A stretch of 60,099 nt of DNA, filler included, from Catajapyx aquilonaris (GCA_000934665.2; 4 parts of 4 records of this genome joined end to end with filler, not necessarily neighbours in it), one strand, 5' to 3'; counted from the first letter of the whole stretch, positions 25,114-37,448 are shown. Notes: generated by a model from the sequence alone, not told the origin. Made by a program: numbers and translations.

Positions 25114-25926
25114 GTGTTGGGACATCGAGCCGTGGCCAGTCAGTCCTTCACTCCTCGTCAACCTACTACCACTATGGCTTCCTTTTTTCCGCTACCCCCC
25201 CCCCCNCCCCTTTCTGAGGACTTCTCCCAACCCGGCTACCCAGTCATATCATACACTCTTCCACCTCCAGTTGAGGTGCCTTGTCCTGGAAAACCCCTAC
25301 GCCTGGGCGATTATATAGCCACCCACGGGGCGATAATGGTCACAGGCGACTCATCCGGACTGGGGATGCAAATCGTGCGGGTCAACAACCACCGCATCGC
25401 CGACTGGAGATTCTATCCAGTGCACACTACAATGATGGTACGGCCATGGGCTCCGGCAGAAACCGCTCCAACAGGGGAGGCGGGCTCCCTTTCGCTAGGA
25501 GGGGACTTCTGGACCTCTTTGGAGCTACAAAGTGTGTCCGGGGATACATCTCCCGTACGTCAGGCGGTCGTCGGAACGGACCCTCGCAGCCCACAAGGTG
25601 GACTCCGGGATCACTACGCTCGTTTCTTTGGCCAGCGGGACCCGAGGCAAGACACCACCCGTCCAGTGGGACGGACGGTCCCGGTAGCAAGAGGCGGAAG
25701 AAGAGCCGACCATAGTGCCATGGAGCTGGACGGGCAGGATCCGGGGTCCTCCGGATCCAACGCTCGTAGGCAGCAGGGAGTACCGAGCGAGCAAGTCGCA
25801 ACCGCCCAGCAGCAAGAAGCTTCATCCGTGCAACTTCCAGAACGGATTAGGGCCCTGATTAACCGACGAAATCGGTACCACGCCAGAGAACCGGCGCCGC
25901 CCGGAGATGATGAAGATTGGGAGTAA
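25114..25926 (+). CDS. Orphan GC-rich ORF downstream of gag, function unknown
   Basis: 270-codon ORF (first ATG ~25174) with a predicted globular middle and disordered acidic tail. No pol motifs between gag and this ORF. Confidence 0.45.
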   Translation: MLGHRAVASQSFTPRQPTTTMASFFPLPPPXPLSEDFSQPGYPVISYTLPPPVEVPCPGKPLRLGDYIATHGAIMVTGDSSGLGMQIVRVNNHRIADWRFYPVHTTMMVRPWAPAETAPTGEAGSLSLGGDFWTSLELQSVSGDTSPVRQAVVGTDPRSPQGGLRDHYARFFGQRDPRQDTTRPVGRTVPVARGGRRADHSAMELDGQDPGSSGSNARRQQGVPSEQVATAQQQEASSVQLPERIRALINRRNRYHAREPAPPGDDEDWE

Positions 25927-26028
25927 ATTGGGGATGCAGTATTTTCCCAGTGTGTGTGTGTGTTATATTTTTTGCTTTCTTTTTTTATAACGTTTCGCAT
26001 ATGTGAGTGTATGGGACATTTCCTAGGT

Positions 26029-26245
26029 CCATGTCACCAGCCCCCCCAAAATTGAAAATGCACTATTTGACTGTGCCAATCGATTGTGCTTCATTGTGCT
26101 TCATAAAGTTTCGCTTGTGCTTCCATAGTTACTGAGATAATCACGTTCAAAGTTAGGGGGGGCTGGTGACATGCTGCCCCCACGAAATTGAAAATGCACT
26201 ATTTGACTGTGCCAATCGTTTGTGCTTCATTGTGCTTCATAAGGT
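26029..26245. repeat. Mixed direct/inverted subterminal-type repeats
   Basis: CATGTCACCAGCCCCCC ... GGGGGGCTGGTGACATG inverted pair, plus a ~65-bp direct repeat starting AAATTGAAAATGCACTATTTGACTGTGCCAATCG. Confidence 0.7.
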
Positions 26246-26756
26246 TCACTAGAAGATTTATTTCAAAATTTTAAGAGTGATACATCTTCCGCAAAAAATT
26301 AAAGTACACATGAAATTATGCCACATGGACAAAAAAAATCACAGCAACCTCCGCGTACCCGATATTGTCACTATTGCACAACCTAAGGACAGATAGTATC
26401 CCCAGGTACTGGGTGTCACCAAAAAAGTGAGGGGCAAACGCTAGTGTGTGGCGCCAAATGAGCGCCAGTCCACCCCCTCCGACTATGTCATACGTGCACG
26501 AGCTTTGATATTGTTACAGAAATTATATTTTAGCATCCAACTAGTTGACTCTGACAACATTAGGGAAAACTGACAATCAGTAAGCCTATCACAGCAAATA
26601 TAAACAACATTGTGTAGAAGTGTGTAGAAGTGTCGAGGGAATTTTTGATATGTTTGTAATGATACTTTTGATATGTTGAAATGTTGAAATATGTTGAAGA
26701 AATGTGTTGAAATGATGTGTTGAGATGGAGAAATATGTTTAAAAAGATGTGTTGAA

Positions 26757-26758
26757 AA

Positions 26759-26836
<78 letters not shown>
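26757..26836. repeat. (ATT/ATC)n microsatellite
   Basis: Direct inspection. Ends at an acceptor-like CAG before the NOF-like exon. Confidence 0.95.
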
Positions 26837-26837
<1 letters not shown>

Positions 26838-26838
26838 G

Positions 26839-28092
26839 GATGCAAGTGAGTGCCCCACGACTAGGGAAGAAGTGGTCGCAGCTAATATGGACTGCCCCGC
26901 CTGCTCTACAGGCAATTTTCCTGGAGGACAACATCGCTGCAAATTTTGCAATATTCCAGTTCACATTATTTTTGACCAGTGCTCCATTCCAGTGGAAGGG
27001 TCGGAAGAGGGTTCCGGACAGGAAAGAATTTGTCGGGAATGCACTCTTAGGCGTACACAAATTCACCGTCATTCCGAATTTGCAGAAATTACTGCTGTGG
27101 AAAACTGGCGAGGTTTGGCAGCACCCCCAGTTAAAAGGTCAAGAAAATCATACCTCGTGCCTAATTCGGAATTGGAAAAAGAAAATTTCAAATCACTAGC
27201 TAAGACCAGGCCTGTCGGTGTGCTTAAAAATGCAAACAGGGTATGAGATCTAAAGGCCGTTAGTATAGGTAAGCGTAAGTACGTCTTATCGAACACTTGC
27301 GCGTTCGATTCTGTAGCCCAGATTTTCAGCGTTGCATGCAGCGACAGTCACAAATTCGAATGCTACTTAAGTTCGTGCAATAAAGACTTCATTTTTGCCA
27401 CATTACTATGCAAGATGGCTAGGTCAGGAGTCACTAACAGTGCATACACACTGCGAGCTAAAATATTGCAAGTGTTTTGCGAAAACGCTGCCCTGCCTCA
27501 CAATGTCATTCATGTGAACGGGGAATCAACTGTTGCCAAGATGGCAGAAAACCTCTTTTTGAGCCATCCTACAGCAACAGATGTTTCTACCTGTTCAAGC
27601 ACTGACTGCATTGCCAATAAGCAAAGCAGCAAAGGCATTCTATCAGTAACTTGCGATATCTCCCAGATATCTGCATTGAACGTATTGGTAAACGAGGCTC
27701 TAGCCGTGCAGCAGGTGAGTCTTTGCTGTGCAAACAATCCTGGCTGCAGCCCGTGCACAGGGCAAAAATCGTAAAAACAGTTTCTAGGTCTCACATAATT
27801 ATAGAAACCATTTCTTCATCCCTCACTGGTACATCTGACGTAGCCCAGCCATTGAAAATCAGACTGTGCGACATACCCCAATCTATCACAGTCACGGACA
27901 ATGACTACAAATTGAGAGGAGTAGTGGCACTCTCGGGGGGTGGGAAATCCCATAGGGTTATTGGACATTACACGGCCTGTTGCCGAAGAAGAGGAAACAT
28001 GTGGGAAGTGTACGATGATCTTTTGGATAAAAAAAATTGCCTGTTCAAGGGATAAAATCATAAATTGTGAGCTATTAATATTCACAATTTGA
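26839..28092 (+). pseudogene. NOF-FB-like transposon protein, C-terminal part: Cys-rich zinc finger plus USP-type cysteine protease domain
   Basis: CPAC..QHRCKFC..VH..CS..EEGSGQERICREC; ENWRG; VLKNAN..LSNTCAFDSVAQI (Cys box); YKLRGVV..IGHYTACCRR..WEVYDDL (His/Asp box). In-frame stop at 27244 and frameshifts near 27765 and 28040. Confidence 0.7.
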
Positions 28093-28274
28093 TGTATCAC
28101 TTTTGACTTTTCACACACCATGCGACGAGAAACGATGTCATTTATTGTACAGTACCAGTAGGCTCTATGGAAAGGAACCTCTTATAACCTTATTATGCAG
28201 ATTTACATAATTTTATAGTTAGGGAGTAGTGTGATTTCATTGATGGTTGATTGTGCGATGTATCTAAAAATGTA

Positions 28275-29475
28275 CCGTAAAAGGGGGTTACTTAGGCCGG
28301 GTGGGTAACTTAAGCCATTTTGCTGTGTAAATTTCGGACACTGATTTTGGCAACACTGTTTTGAGTTGAAATTTATTTTTTATGACACAAGTTCCATATT
28401 TAAGTGCAGTTTCGGACTGCATATTTGAATATTGTGTTTGTGTCATAGGTAACTTTGTAAAATCTTAATTATGTTTAGGATAATTGCATCATAAATTTAT
28501 ACCCTACGTAACTTTCATCGCCAACATCTTCTGTTTGAATTTAATTCGCTATAAAGATGATGAAACATAACCTGAAACAGTCCTTTTAAGGTAGGTATAC
28601 TGCATAGCTTAAATTTTCATTTTGGTGGCAATATATAGTAATTAAAAATTAATTGTTGCGTCATGTAGGGGGTAACTTAGGCCACCTGGCCACGTAGTTC
28701 CAAGCCTGGCAGGAAGTGGGGGGATTAGCTTCTGGGGGTCAGGAGTAGGGCTGTGCGATATTTCGATACATCGACTGTCGATACGATATTTTCCTAATAT
28801 CGAAATTGCGATATCCGACGCTTGGCGTTTGCGATGTATCGAATATCGCGATGTCGGTTTTCGATATTTTTCGATGTCGGTTCGATGTCGATTTGCGATA
28901 TTTTTCGATGTAGGTTCGATGTCGGTTTGCGATATTTCGCGATGTCGGTTTTCGATGTCGGTTTTTCGATTTTCGATATATCGACTTCGATTCGATATTT
29001 TTTCGGATATCGCACAGCCCTAGTAGTTGCCTAGTTGGGAGCATTGTTGATGATGAAATGTATGTTCACATATCAGAAATATTGTTTGTTCTGTACAGCC
29101 GGTGAGCATAAAGAGAGGCCGCCATACTTTTCCTTATATGAACTGAAATTTTGAACAATAAATTTCTGGAGCAATATGCAAATGTTTATTTTCGCCCTGG
29201 GAACGGACTTTGTTACCGTGTCATCGTCTAACATAAGCGAAACACCGAATTCTTCCTGCTGGCTTAAGTTACCCCCTATCAGGGGGTAACTTAAGCCACC
29301 CCTTCTCTTTTTTTTTGTTTTTATCATACATGTTGTAGGAAACTTTCATCCATGTATACGTCGACCGTAACTGTAGACCCATGTTTTACAACAATTAGTT
29401 AATCTCTAAAGTCAATGGTCTTGAATTGGCAGACGTCTGAAATTGAAAAGTGGCTTAAGTAACCCCCCTTGACGG
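28275..29475. mobile_element. Non-autonomous Tc1/mariner-pogo-type element, TA TSD
   Basis: TA|CCGTAAAAGGGGGTTACTTAGGCC ... GGCTTAAGTAACCCCCCTTGACGG|TA, with internal GGTAACTTA(A/G)GCCA repeats. Confidence 0.75.
28746..29022. mobile_element. Nested hAT-like MITE with CGAT-rich internal repeats
   Basis: TIR TAGGGCTGTGCGATAT / ATATCGCACAGCCCTA. Interior built of TCGAT/CGATAT motifs. TSD not preserved. Confidence 0.75.
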
Positions 29476-30001
29476 TATTTTGTGATTTTGTCACCTTGAT
29501 GTGGACTGCCATGGTTAATTTCTGTCTCGCAGAAAAATATTTGTACAAGGGTGGTTCCATTTCAGATAAGCCAGTGAGTGTGAAATATTTTCTCGAAGAA
29601 GCCATTTGAACTATGTAATCGTTATTTTTTAAATAACGAAGTAGGCTACACATGAAGGGCTTTTGTATTATAATGATGTACATTTTAAGCCAGGAGAAAA
29701 TTTGAAACAATATTTGTGTACTCGTTCATGTCACAATAAATGGTGTATTTGTGCAAAATCGCAGGTTTTTGTGTACACCCCGAAAATCAACTAGCGTGTA
29801 TGAAGAAAGTACACGGAAATGGTGTATCACGTAGACTGAAATACACAATGATGTGTGTACTACAATTTGTACACAATTTTTACACCATATTTGTGAACCA
29901 TTCATGTTACAGAAAAATGTGTATTTGTGCAAATTCACAATATATTTATGTTCCAATTTGTACACAATTTTTTTCCGGGAGTACGAGGGACGGTCATAAA
30001 G

Positions 30002-30101
30002 NNNNNNNNNNNNNNNNNNNNNNNNNNNNNNNNNNNNNNNNNNNNTTAATTAATTAANNNNNNNNNNNNNNNNNNNNNNNNNNNNNNNNNNNNNNNNNNN
30101 N
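30002..30101. other. Artificial contig linker
   Basis: N44-TTAATTAATTAA-N44. Confidence 0.98.
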
Positions 30102-30737
30102 GGGGGGGGCTACGTCGTTGGCTAGCGGTATGCAGGAGGGGGGGGGAAGGGAGGGGGGTGAGGAGATGAGAACGTGGGAAAGGCAGGAGGAGCACCAGCA
30201 TAACTGATGGAAATTCAAAGTAAAAAAGTAATCCGTGTTAAAAATGCCGCATCTGGTCAGCAGCAGCAGACTTCGTGAAAATATTTTTTTTTAGCATTTA
30301 GACTCAAAAAAGTGCCGTTTTCAGATATATTCTGGTGTTTGTTTGACAAGATCTACCAGCATACCAAATTTTAGCATCCTAGGACCACTGGAAGTGCCGT
30401 ATAATTTTGATGATCAGTCAGTCAGTGAGTGAGTCAGTGAGTGAGTGTCATATTTTGGCCGTTTTGGGAGTTTTTATGATTTTTTAAGTCGGAAATGAAA
30501 AGAGATATGAACATGGAAGTAAGGGGGCATTATTTTTAATCGATTTTTATCTACCCAAATAAAATTTTTGAAGCCACGTGTGTTCACCAGTGCGAAGATT
30601 CGAGGAGGTTAAAATGACGTGAGTTGTGTCGGGTAAAGGTGGTCCGGCAGTGCGGCGAGAACTTGGCGGGGGCACTGCCGTGCCCCCTAAATTTCCGGAA
30701 CCGTTCCGAAAACCGATATGAAATTTTAAATTCACGG

Positions 30738-31127
30738 TGTGACCGGATTCGTCCGGCCATATGTAACAGCGCCGCTGTATCAACTATTTTTGGCGTAACT
30801 GTACATGATGTATCACGTGACCATCGCCCACTCTAATCTCCCTCCATCCTGACGCGCACCACGTGCCTCCTATCTGCCTCGCTCCCATCCTGCCTTGCGG
30901 CCTCCCCCTTATAAGCGGGTGCAGCTGAGTACTCGTGGCCACTGGCCAGTGCCCAGGAGAATATCCAGGCACTTGGTCGGCCCGCTCCTCTGGACATTCC
31001 TCACTCTCTTTCCGTTACCATTCACCCTTTGCATTTCGTACCTATAACCTCACGAGCCAAATAAATTGCTGTACTTGAACATACCCACTGCGTTATTCTT
31101 CCGTGTGATCCAACCACTCGGGTCACA
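30738..31127 (+). mobile_element. Solo LTR
   Basis: TGTGACC...GGTCACA termini, TATAA (~30910), AATAAA (~31060), 4-bp TSD ACGG/ATGG. The 3' motif CTGTACTTGAACATACCCACT also occurs at ~6590. Confidence 0.8.
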
Positions 31128-33166
31128 ATGGTATTGGAATAATGCACTGTTATGTAATGCATACATTTATCTTATTTGATGGTAGTCACCTTCACAAAAA
31201 TCTCCAATCTTGCATATTTTGTCAAATTTCGCAATTTAATACACCGTTATTGGTAAAAGTGGCGATTGTGCTGATTATATTTTGTGATATAGTCGGTGTC
31301 CCCCTGAAGGTTATTAAATAAAACCTTTGTTAGCTCCGTGTGTAGTTGAGATATGCAAGGTGAAAATGTGGCAACAAGCGAAAACACGCATATTTAAAAA
31401 ATTATGTTCTCAAACAGGCCATTTTTATTTTTTATTTTAATTTTTAATTTTTAATTTTAATTTTACACGGACAGACATGTTATAAAATGAAGTAGTGTCA
31501 AAACCCGGGCTAAATTTGTTATACTTACGAGAGGTACAAATTGTATGGTGACAACTTTCGTCATTGTCCTACAATATGCATATTTCAAATAAATTTTTAC
31601 TCAAAGAAGCAATTTAAAATATTTAATCGTTATTTTTTGTATAACAAAGTAGCATGAGTTATAACATAAAATTATATCAAAATTCGGTATATATTTGTAT
31701 TCATTGAGATACGAATTTATTTCAGAGAGGTGATTTTTGTTTCTATGCAACAACATGCAAATTTCCAAAATTAATATCTTGAAACCCCCATTTTTAATGT
31801 GCAATATTTTTTTAAATATTTCATAAAGAAAGGACCGGTTCTGTGATCAAATAATATGAAAACCTGGTCTAGATTCTTGATAAACGAGATACCAAATGAA
31901 AAGGGGTATTTTTTTTGCTTCCATTTAGTGTCTTTCAACATCCTTGCAGTTACTTCTAAAGTCATAACCGACATAAAATAAATGTTAACGACTAATCTGG
32001 AAACCTTCCATAATGGTCAACAGAGGGCACTGGGGAATTATATCATCTAAAATGGACCCACTTTCGTAACCGCGTCTTCATGAGCTATGCAATCCTTTCA
32101 AGAACTTTCAGGACTGACCCAGCCATGGATGGCCCCTACAGCCCAAAAGCTATATGGAATGCAGGAAATTATATTAAATGAAAGCAAAATATACCACTTT
32201 TCATCAATTCGAATCTCATTCAGATTCATCAAGAATCTAGACCAGGTTTTGATATTATTTTATCACAGAACCGGTCCTTTCTTTATGGAAAAAATATATA
32301 TATCGCACATTAAAAATGGGGTTTTCGAGATCTTAATTTTTGACATTTGCATGTTGTTACATAGAAACAAAAATCCCCGCTCTGAAATAAATTCGTATCT
32401 CACTGAATACAGATATAGGCCTACTAGTATACCGAATTTTGATATACAAAAAATAACGATTAAATAGTTTAAATTGCTTCTTCAAGTAAATATTTATTTG
32501 AAATGTGCATATTGTAGGACAATGACAAAAGTTGTCACCATACAAAAATTTGTATCTCACTTATAAAAAATTTAGCCTGGGTTTTGACACTACTTCATTT
32601 TATAACATGTCGATCCGTGTAAAATTAAAAATGGGCTGTTTGAGAAAATAATTTTTGAAATATGAACGTTTTTGCTTGTTGCCATATTTTCACCTTTCAT
32701 ATCTCAACTACACACAGAGCTAACAAAGGTTTCATTTAATAACCTTTAGGGGGACACCGACTATATTGTAGTGTCCTGGCAACTGGCTGGTGATGGTTGC
32801 CTGGTCACTGTTATTTATGTTGTTCAGGGAACCATGTTGTTGTGGTTTCCGATCAGTTCTATTCCTGACGTCCTTTGGGACGGACGTTTGTAGCCTGTCG
32901 TCCTGGAATACAAACCATTGTGTTCTTAAACCTTTCCCCCGTGTGTTATTCGTGGTGTCTCTGACGTTGTCATCGTGGGGCACTACAATATCACAAAATA
33001 TAGGCTAATCTGCACAATCGTCACTTTTACCATAACGGTGTATTAAATTGCGAAATATGCAAAATTTGACCAAAATATGCCAGATTTGAGATTTTTTTGA
33101 AGGTGGCTGTATCATTAAATAAGATAAATGTATGCATTACATAACAGTGCATTATTCCAATACCAT
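31128..33166. mobile_element. Large foldback (inverted-repeat) element, arms ~780 bp
   Basis: 31128-~31910 is the diverged reverse complement of ~32190-33166 (e.g. ATGGTATTGGAATAATGCACTGTTATG vs CATAACAGTGCATTATTCCAATACCAT). Spacer ~280 bp. Confidence 0.85.
32767..32987. mobile_element. 221-bp solo LTR-like insertion with ATAT TSD
   Basis: ATAT|TGTAGTG...CACTACA|ATAT. The mirror arm at ~31285 shows the empty site. Confidence 0.85.
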
Positions 33167-33862
33167 GATCACTGTCTGATCTGAAAAGGAACCACCCTGT
33201 ACACATCATTATAATGACTTCCTTTACTTTCAACATTATCTTCACAAAGTGCTATCATAATCTGCAAGGTATGTAAGGGGGTGCGTGGCGGACAACTTGC
33301 TGACACTATTCATCACCATTTACTGTGAGATTATGCCATCAGTCTTCTAGATGTGATTTCAAGATGCAATAACACTGTAAACAACATTTAGACTGCGTCC
33401 AAGATTTGCTTAGCCTGCCTTTGGGCAACTTCAATACACCATTTTCAATCCAAAACAGTAGGCTTTACAAGAAACGGCTTACCAGACACCAAGCAGAAGA
33501 CAGCCATTACATCACGTGCTGAGATTGATCCAGCAGAAAATAATATCATGATCGAAAATTCTACTGATGTCATGCCAAAAGAAGACCAATGTAAGAATGA
33601 TGAATGCATCATCATGTACGAAAATTTAAAGTAGCATCATTTATTCCATGAAAATACTTTATCTTGATTATTTTGTGAGGGACTTACTGACACACATAAT
33701 ACGAAGAAGAAATCCGAGAAAGATCATGTGGTATATGTTTACAAGTTTCTAAGTACTGTACTATGTCGCACAAGCTTGTATTCAGTATTGTTCTGCAGAA
33801 GAAATTCTAGCTATTCTGATGCCGCAGTTGAATACTTCAGATGGGAATGCACTTTTGGTATA

Positions 33863-34300
33863 CAGGGTGTATCAAAACTCTACCATAAGCCATGTACCAA
33901 TGGCATAAGGGGCACCAGAGCATCATTATATGTAGAGGGGTCATCATCTCTAGGCCGCCTCATTACGGAGATAATTGCCTTCAAACACGTAGTACAAAGT
34001 ATCCTGGGAGGTATGGAAACCTTCAGCCCCGACATCGCATCACTCGTGAAAATAGCAGCTTTTACATTTATCTACTAGCATGTCGCATGTGTACTGCATG
34101 TCGCATGTGATCTGTGACCATTTGTGACAATCTGTGACAATCTGTGACAATCACTCTTAGGCCCAATTGCTAAAACGCAAATGATCAATTATCTCAGTAA
34201 TGAGGCTGCCCAGACATAATGACTCCTCTACATTAATTGATCCCCTGGTGCCCATTAAGCCATTGGCATATGGCTTATGGTGGAGTTTTGATACACCCTG
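33863..34300. mobile_element. Tc1/mariner-type MITE, TA TSD
   Basis: TA|CAGGGTGTATCAAAACT ... AGTTTTGATACACCCTG|TA with ~110-bp imperfect TIRs. Core shared with 57780-58218. Confidence 0.85.
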
Positions 34301-34440
34301 TATATACATCTCTCCCAAGAGCAAGGTCAAGGGGAGAAGTCATTCACACTACTTCACTGGGACAAGAATAAGGAAGCCCAGCTATTCAGGGGTGCATTGT
34401 ATTTCATTTTTCATAATTAGATGAGCAGGGTGGAACCAAT

Positions 34441-34590
34441 GCAGTCTAGTTTAGTGGTTAGGCATTCAGAAGTCCTGAGCTCAAATCCTGGGGCTGACCA
34501 TTCTGACTTAGGTTTTATTTCATTTTCTCTGGTCATTCCACAATAATTCCAGGATAATTTGAGTTCTAGGTCATAGCCACTTCCTTCCCT
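34441..34590 (+). mobile_element. Decayed tRNA-derived SINE
   Basis: A-box-like TAGTTTAGTGG and B-box-like GAGCTCAAATCC, followed by a CTGACTTAGGTTTT...CTTCCTTCC body typical of insect SINEs. Confidence 0.5.
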
Positions 34591-35650
34591 TGGATCGAAA
34601 TAAAGGCAGGAGCTTTTTACAAAATCCAGCCTAAAAGGCCCCGTTTTCTCCATAGGGTAACAATTTTTATTACTCGTTGCAGATATGATTTGAATTAAAC
34701 TTAACATTAACTTAAAAGTGGTCAAGTGCTTGATGGAAGGAGTTCTACCTCACCGGATTACATTCCTGAATCTGATGGGGAGGAAAGGCATAACTTACTG
34801 CGCACACTGGGTTCAGCAGCACAGCAGTAGTGGAATTGGTGCAACCAGGAAGTGGCACAACATGAGAACAGTTGAAAGTGATACTTCCCAATAGCTTGGG
34901 TTCCTCCCACCAATAAGCACATACCATGTCAAGCAGTATAAAGAATTGATTTGCTATACCTTCCTAATGAAGTGAGCAAGAGTGTTGATATACAGTGTGT
35001 TCCAAGTTCGTGGGGCCTTTTTCTTATAGGAAATTTCGCTCAAAGCTGCAATTTTTTTGTAGCTTGTTGCACCTGTAACCAGGTGCCCTATTCTATAGCT
35101 ATTGCTACAGCCTACCACCTGAGAATAATGGGGCACCTGGCTCAGGGCACAACAAGCTACACAAAATTAACTACGGTCATATTAGCAATAATAAAACGAC
35201 CCATGAACTTGGAATACAACTGTATTTTCATCTCTTCCCTCAATTGACTTAGCTTTCCTGATTACATTATATTTGGATGTATAGTTTAAACGTCAAGTAA
35301 GCCCAACCATTAGTAACCCACCACCAGAAAGGAAATTCTATAATCTCATAAACCCAAGAAATGATTTTGAAACTGTTCATCATGGTCTTGAAACTGGCTG
35401 AATTGTGGATGATATTTTTAGGTTGAGCGACTCTAGATTGATTGAACAACTATGGTTTCAGGAGGAAAACAGGAGATGCATTACATATTGTCTAGTCATG
35501 GCAGTGTAACAGCACTGGGAGAAAAAAGTGTATTAGTAGATCTTTTTTTTCAATATACATATATTGCACCATTAACTTCTGCTACATAAAACTTCTCAAG
35601 TATTCAACATGCATTCTGGCATAAATATCACATCAACTTAATACCATATA

Positions 35651-35805
35651 CAGTTGAATCCGGATATAACAGCCTTGGCCATAACAGACTCGAAATGCTG
35701 GTATCGCCATACTTCCATATATGGCCTGTGTATTTGTCTACAACAGACTGCGGTTATAAGAGACTAACACGGTCCCTTTAAGTCTGTTATATCCGGATTC
35801 AACTG
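35651..35805. mobile_element. Tigger/pogo-type MITE, TA TSD
   Basis: TA|CAGTTGAATCCGGATATAACAG ... CTGTTATATCCGGATTCAACTG|TA. Confidence 0.88.
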
Positions 35806-35888
35806 TACGTATACCCTTAAATAAATGCAGGAAGATATCAGGTTTCAATCTTTGGACCAGCTCCCGGACACTAACCCTACAATCTTAT

Positions 35889-36223
35889 CTTATCGCCTGA
35901 CAGGGCGTTTTGCATGAGGTGCTCACTTGAGAGTGCCACGAGACATTTCACTGCTATATTATGTGGCGACCCTACCGGACCGCACTGAACTTTATAGGTA
36001 CAAAAGGGAAGTGCTACATTGGGGGACCCTACATGGTCGCTGGCGGCCATGTTGGGTCCGCACGTAGCGGCTTCCCTTCTACCTAAGTTCAGCGCCGTCC
36101 GGTAGGGTCGCCACATATTGTAGCAGTGAAAGCTGTCTCATGGCACTCTCAAGTGAGCACCTCATGCAAAAGGCCTGGCAGGCAATAAGAGGGAGTGACC
36201 AGACCTTAGTATTCTAAGACATG
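35889..36223. mobile_element. Palindromic (hairpin) MITE, left TIR truncated
   Basis: ~300-nt near-continuous hairpin centred ~36040. Right end CCAGACCTTAGTATTCTAAGACATG matches the TIR of 36748-37059. Confidence 0.8.
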
Positions 36224-36747
36224 CTTTGGACATTTGCTTCCCTTTCTCTGATATTTTCATGATACAAAGTGCTTATGATATAGCTAAAGTCAGTGATGAC
36301 CTGCATAAAAAATTCTACGTACTTCAATCGGCAGTGACTGGTCAAGCAGATTACACAAACTGTTGAATATGCTGGCCAGTCGTATGTAGTCAATGTAGTA
36401 CAACACCATTCTTGTCGTCAATAATCATTTAAGCAGGTATAAAAGCAATAGAGTGCATTCCAATTAAAATAGCCACAGTGGTTGATAACATTTTGGCACT
36501 AAGCTATTCATTATTAAGCAGTCCCTTTCAGAGGTTATCAATATATTACATGCTAACAATAGATTGAAAGAGTTCCACAGCAAGTCTGACAGAGTACAAA
36601 GGGTGTCTGTTCCAAATGAAATGTCCATAGTGGTCAGTGATCTTTTGGCATCAAGCTGCCTCTTTTTAATCAGTTACTTTTGAATATCTACTTTTGGTAG
36701 TTATCAAAAATACTAGCTATGAATGTCATATTGTGCATGGACCCATT

Positions 36748-37059
36748 CATGGTCTTAGAATAGTAAGGTCTGGTAACTATCGCCTTGGGGGCTTGACGGG
36801 GTGTTTTGCGGGAGGTGGCCGCTTGATAGCGCTTTTCAGGCGGGAATTGCCACGTGGCGACCCTACCAGACTGCGCTGAACTTCGGTAGAAGAGAAGTGC
36901 TTCTTTTCTACCTAAGTTCAGCGCAGTCCGGTAGGGTCGCCACATGGCTATTCGAGCCTGAAAAGCGCTATCAAGCGGCCACCTCCCACACAACACCCCC
37001 ATCAGGCCCCCAAGGCGATAAGAGGGGGAGTTACCAGACCTTACTATTCTAAGACCATG
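36748..37059. mobile_element. Palindromic MITE with CATGG termini and 8-bp TSD (P-element/hAT-like)
   Basis: GACCCATT|CATGGTCTTAGAATAGTAAGGTCTGGTAACT ... AGTTACCAGACCTTACTATTCTAAGACCATG|GACCCATC. The whole element is self-complementary with a tiny loop near 36898. Confidence 0.85.
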
Positions 37060-37448
37060 GACCCATCCTTTACAACACAGCCTGCATGGGGGTTTGGGTT
37101 GCAAAAAATGGGTTCAGCCATTGACATTGTCCTAATGGGCCATTCCCAATTAGAAATTCATTACAATCCAAAGCTTGGAAAGACAGTTCACTTTGGCCTT
37201 GATAACCCCCAGAAGTCTCACCTTAAAAGCAGCTTAGTGCCAAAAATTGCTAACTACTACAAACATTTCATTGGAACACACTAGATCACACTAGGTCAGA
37301 GTGGAAATGTCACAGCATAATGTCACAAAGCCACCATCAACTGCAAGGGAGGGGAATCCAGTCTTTTACATTTTCAACATTAATGATATAGGTTTTGTGC
37401 ACATACAGGAATGCTTGTCACACATAATTATCAGGGACACTTATAAGG

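Noticed and set aside
26483..27072. Poly-Y, poly-N and poly-I ORFs
   Set aside because: Translations of the (ATT)n microsatellite.
28739..29044. Overlapping R/I/D/S-rich ORFs on both strands
   Set aside because: Products of the CGAT-repeat MITE interior.
33180..33635. Possible decayed membrane-protein exon
   Set aside because: Multiple stops in all frames and no recognisable motif.
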